From the NCBI GenBank assembly GCA_963724295.1, contig CAVRUC010000007.1, positions 384,001-448,000 of the forward strand: DNA of 64,000 nt. Direction: 5' to 3'. The stretch is from an uncultured Chloroflexia bacterium (lineage in GTDB: Bacteria > Chloroflexota > Chloroflexia > Thermomicrobiales > UBA6265). The notes below the pieces were generated by a model. That model was not told the origin of the DNA. It did not search any database and saw only the letters and a list, made by a program, of their open reading frames with translations. Positions 60,861 to 64,000 of this stretch are shown here, in pieces. A program made the position numbers and the translations under genes. Numbering within the stretch: position 1 is the first letter of the stretch; each line of letters begins with the position of its first letter.

Positions 60861-63620
60861 TTGACTCTCAACGCCCAAGCAACGCTGCTGCCAAACACTG
60901 CCCCGGCGCTTTCGGAGGAAAGCGCCTCGTTCAAGGCGACGCCACCGATTCGCCGCCAGTATCTCCAGATCAAGCAACGATTTCCGGACACCATCCTCCT
61001 CTTCCGGCTCGGAGATTTCTACGAGACATTCGAAGCCGACGCGGAAACCGCGGCGCGTGTCCTGGATATCGTGCTCACCAGCAGGGAGATGGGCAAGGGC
61101 GTGCGCGTGCCGATGGCGGGGATTCCGCACCACGCGGCGGACGGCCACATCGCGCGGCTCGTCGCGGCCGGGCACAAAGTCGCCATCTGCGAGCAGATCG
61201 GCGGTCTGGACCGAGGACGGACCCTGATCGACCGCGATGTGACCCGCATCGTGACGCCGGGAACCGTGACCGACCCGGCGATGCTCGACAGCCACCGCAA
61301 CAGCTACATCGCGGCCGTGGTGTGCGAGCGGGGACGGGCGGGGATCGCCTATGCGGATCTTTCGACAGGCGAGTTCGCGGCGACGCAGCTAGTCGCCGGG
61401 TCGCCCGAGGAAGCGAAGGCGGCCGCCGGCCGTGAAGTTCAACGTCTCGGCGCCCTTGAAGTCGTCCTTCCCGCGGAGCCAGCGAGTGCTGACGGTGCGG
61501 CGAACGAGCAATGGTTGCCGAAAGGTTTGACCGTCAGCCGCCTCGATTCCTGGCTCTGGAAGCCAGAGCGGGCCAGGGAAACGTTGATCCAGCACTTCGC
61601 GGTGCAGTCGCTAGATGGATTCGGTCTGGGGGAGCAGCGGATAGCCCTCCAGGCAGCCGGGGCATTGCTCACCTACCTCGCCGACACCCAGCGCTCGACG
61701 CTCGTTCAGATCACCGCGATCCACACCTACAGTGCGACCGGCTTCATGGAGCTTGATCTCCAGGCGCGCCGCAATCTGGAGCTGGCAGAAAGCGCGCGCG
61801 GCGAGAAACGGCACGGACTCCTTGCCGTGCTGGACGAGACCCGCACTCCCATGGGTGGTCGTCAGTTGCGGCGCTGGCTGAGTCAGCCGCTGCTCGATCT
61901 GGAGACAATTCACCGGCGCCAGGACGCAGTCGAGCATTTCGTGGTCGACGCGCTCTCGCGCACCGCGATCCGCCAGGCGCTGAACAAGATGGGAGACATC
62001 GAGCGCCTGGCGAACCGGGCGCTCACCGGCGTCATCGGACCCCGAGAACTGGGAGTGCTTCGCCAGTCTCTGGAGCTCGTCGCGAAGATCGAGTCGGAGA
62101 CGGCGCATGTTCCCGGCTGTCCGTCTCTCGCCGAGGGGCGGACTTCGTGCCAGGCCGTCCATGATCTCCTGCTTCGTGCCTTGCCGGACGAACCACCCGC
62201 CGGCCTCGGCAACGGCGACGCCATCCGACCCGGATTCGCTCCCGAGCTGGACGAGCACGACCGCGGTGTGCGCGAGGCGCGAGCCTGGATCGCCGGGCTG
62301 GAAAGACAGGAGCGGCAGCGCACGGGGATCCGCACGCTCAAGGTCGGCTACAACCGGGTCTTCGGCTACTACATCGAGATCAGCACGACGGCGCTGGCCG
62401 CCGCCGAAAAAGAGCGAACGGCCGCAACTGCGAGTGAATCACCCGCGATCTTGCCAGCCGACTATCAGGTCCGGCAATCGCTCGCCAACGCCACTCGCTA
62501 TATCACGGCCCAGCTCAAGGAAGCCGAGACCCGGGTCCTGGGTGCTCAGGAGGTCCTGGCTCAACTCGAAGCCGACCTGCTGCGGCGCGTCGTGGCCGAA
62601 GTGGGGGCACATGTCGAGGCGCTGCGCGAGACGGCCGCCGCGATCGCCTACCTCGATGTCATCACGACCCTCGCCGAGGTGGCCGCCGCGCGCGGCTTTT
62701 GCCGCCCGCTCGTCGATGACTCGCTCACCATCGACATCGCGGGAGGCAGACACCCAACGCTCGAGACCGTGTTGCCAGCCGGTGAGTTCGTTCCGAACGA
62801 CGCATTGCTCGACGACGGCGACCGTCGCATCACCATCCTCACCGGGCCGAACATGGCGGGTAAGAGCAGCTGGTTGCGGCAGACCGCGCTCATCGTGCTC
62901 ATGGCCCAGATCGGCTCGTTCGTGCCGGCCACCGCGGCTCGGATCGGTCTGGTGGACCGCATCTTCACCCGGATCGGGGCGCACGATGACATCTCATCCG
63001 GCCAGTCGACCTTCATGGTGGAGATGCTCGAACTGGCCAATATCTTGCACCACGCGACCCCCAGGAGCCTCGTGCTGCTCGACGAGATCGGTCGTGGCAC
63101 GTCGACCTGGGACGGACTGGCCATCGCCCGCGCCGTGGTCGAGTACCTGCACAATTCGTCCCGTCTCGGTTGCCGCACCCTCTTCGCCACGCACTTCCAC
63201 GAGCTGACAGCCCTGGCCGACCATCTGCCGGGCGTGTTCTGCGCTCGCATGGACGTGCTAGAGGAAGGTGATCGCGTCGTTTTCTTGCATCGCGTCGTGC
63301 CTGGTGGAGCGGATCGGTCCTACGGTGTCCACGTCGCCGAGCTGGCGGGGGTCCCGCGAGGTCTCACCCGACGGGCCCGGGAGATCCTGATCGACCTCGA
63401 ACAGCGCTCGGCGACCGAGGGCGCCAAAGGCCGTCGGCGGGCGATGTCCTCTCCAGCACCGGACCATACGTCGATGCAACTGACGCTCTTTGCACCGCCG
63501 AGTCCGGTGGTGACGACGCTTCGCGATCTCGACGTCGAATCACTTTCGCCGCTGGAGGCGTTGACGAAACTCTTCGAGTTGAAACGGCTGGCGGAAGGTG
63601 AAGCGAGTCACGATGCCTAG
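60861..63620 (+). CDS. mutS: DNA mismatch repair protein MutS
   Basis: FRLGDFYETF, TGPNMAGKS, STFMVEM, LDEIGRGTST, FATHFHEL, SYGVHVA. Confidence 0.98.
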   Translation: MTLNAQATLLPNTAPALSEESASFKATPPIRRQYLQIKQRFPDTILLFRLGDFYETFEADAETAARVLDIVLTSREMGKGVRVPMAGIPHHAADGHIARLVAAGHKVAICEQIGGLDRGRTLIDRDVTRIVTPGTVTDPAMLDSHRNSYIAAVVCERGRAGIAYADLSTGEFAATQLVAGSPEEAKAAAGREVQRLGALEVVLPAEPASADGAANEQWLPKGLTVSRLDSWLWKPERARETLIQHFAVQSLDGFGLGEQRIALQAAGALLTYLADTQRSTLVQITAIHTYSATGFMELDLQARRNLELAESARGEKRHGLLAVLDETRTPMGGRQLRRWLSQPLLDLETIHRRQDAVEHFVVDALSRTAIRQALNKMGDIERLANRALTGVIGPRELGVLRQSLELVAKIESETAHVPGCPSLAEGRTSCQAVHDLLLRALPDEPPAGLGNGDAIRPGFAPELDEHDRGVREARAWIAGLERQERQRTGIRTLKVGYNRVFGYYIEISTTALAAAEKERTAATASESPAILPADYQVRQSLANATRYITAQLKEAETRVLGAQEVLAQLEADLLRRVVAEVGAHVEALRETAAAIAYLDVITTLAEVAAARGFCRPLVDDSLTIDIAGGRHPTLETVLPAGEFVPNDALLDDGDRRITILTGPNMAGKSSWLRQTALIVLMAQIGSFVPATAARIGLVDRIFTRIGAHDDISSGQSTFMVEMLELANILHHATPRSLVLLDEIGRGTSTWDGLAIARAVVEYLHNSSRLGCRTLFATHFHELTALADHLPGVFCARMDVLEEGDRVVFLHRVVPGGADRSYGVHVAELAGVPRGLTRRAREILIDLEQRSATEGAKGRRRAMSSPAPDHTSMQLTLFAPPSPVVTTLRDLDVESLSPLEALTKLFELKRLAEGEASHDA

Positions 63621-63644
63621 GCGCCGCCAGGGACCACCCGCCCG

Positions 63645-64000
63645 CTAGCCACTGGCGTCGTCGAGAACGATGACGCCATCCAGACTCGCGGAGCCGTAGA
63701 CGCGGCACTCGCACCCCTTGCCCATCACGGTGCCGGCCGGGCAGGGTCGCCGGCAGGCGCTGCCGCAGCAGACCATGTCCTGCCCGCTGGCGAGGCAGTC
63801 ATCATCGCTGGCGCAGATGACGCAGGGGTCGAGCTCTGTAAACTCGCAGCTGACCGTCAGCGCCACATCGTCCCCACAGGCAGGGGTCGAAGACCGTGCA
63901 GTCGGTGTCGAGCTCGCACGACGTGGCGCAACACTCACCCTGACAGCATTCTGAGCCGGGCAAGCACTCGATGATGGCGGTAGCACAGAAACCGTCCACG
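63645..64000 (-). CDS. 3' end of a cysteine-rich protein with an apparent +1 frameshift near 63849; runs off the window
   Basis: VDGFCATAIIECLPGSECCQGECC...RCGADGQ continues in the next frame as CEFTELDPCVICASDDDC...CCGSAC...CEC. Confidence 0.6.
   Translation of the reverse strand, partial: WTVSVLPPSSSACPAQNAVRVSVAPRRASSTPTARSSTPACGDDVALTVSCEFTELDPCVICASDDDCLASGQDMVCCGSACRRPCPAGTVMGKGCECRVYGSASLDGVIVLDDASG

Overview
GC-rich, densely coding core-genome segment. Gene content and protein style suggest Chloroflexota, probably Thermomicrobiales (an inference). It carries housekeeping genes: fused accD-accA, ilvE, a split oppBCA / oppDF transporter, dprA-topA-hslV-hslU, scpAB, Rrf2-iscS, tyrA, uvrB, aroQ-peptidase-efp-accB-xseAB, rho, glpX, dinG, sdhAB, a sigma-70 factor and mutS, plus a long (Alu-domain) SRP RNA. 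From about 41.7 to 57.7 kb there is a concentration of Fe-S genes: a fur-sufCBDSU-Rieske ferredoxin-dUTPase operon with a Fur-box-like operator, a 2Fe-2S ferredoxin, an A-type carrier and an unusual rubredoxin-GltD-2x[4Fe-4S] flavoprotein. I found no CRISPR array, tRNA, rRNA or mobile element. The best candidate for an undescribed system is this Fe-S locus with its multidomain oxidoreductase. Other oddities: a catalytically dead exonuclease domain on DinG, a degenerate Nudix protein, an orphan NHLP-like leader protein, sdhAB with no adjacent anchor genes followed by a seven-tract G-rich element and a frameshifted membrane protein, a 9-bp tandem repeat, and an EF-P with a QGRG loop. All calls come from motif reading by eye; no database search was run.
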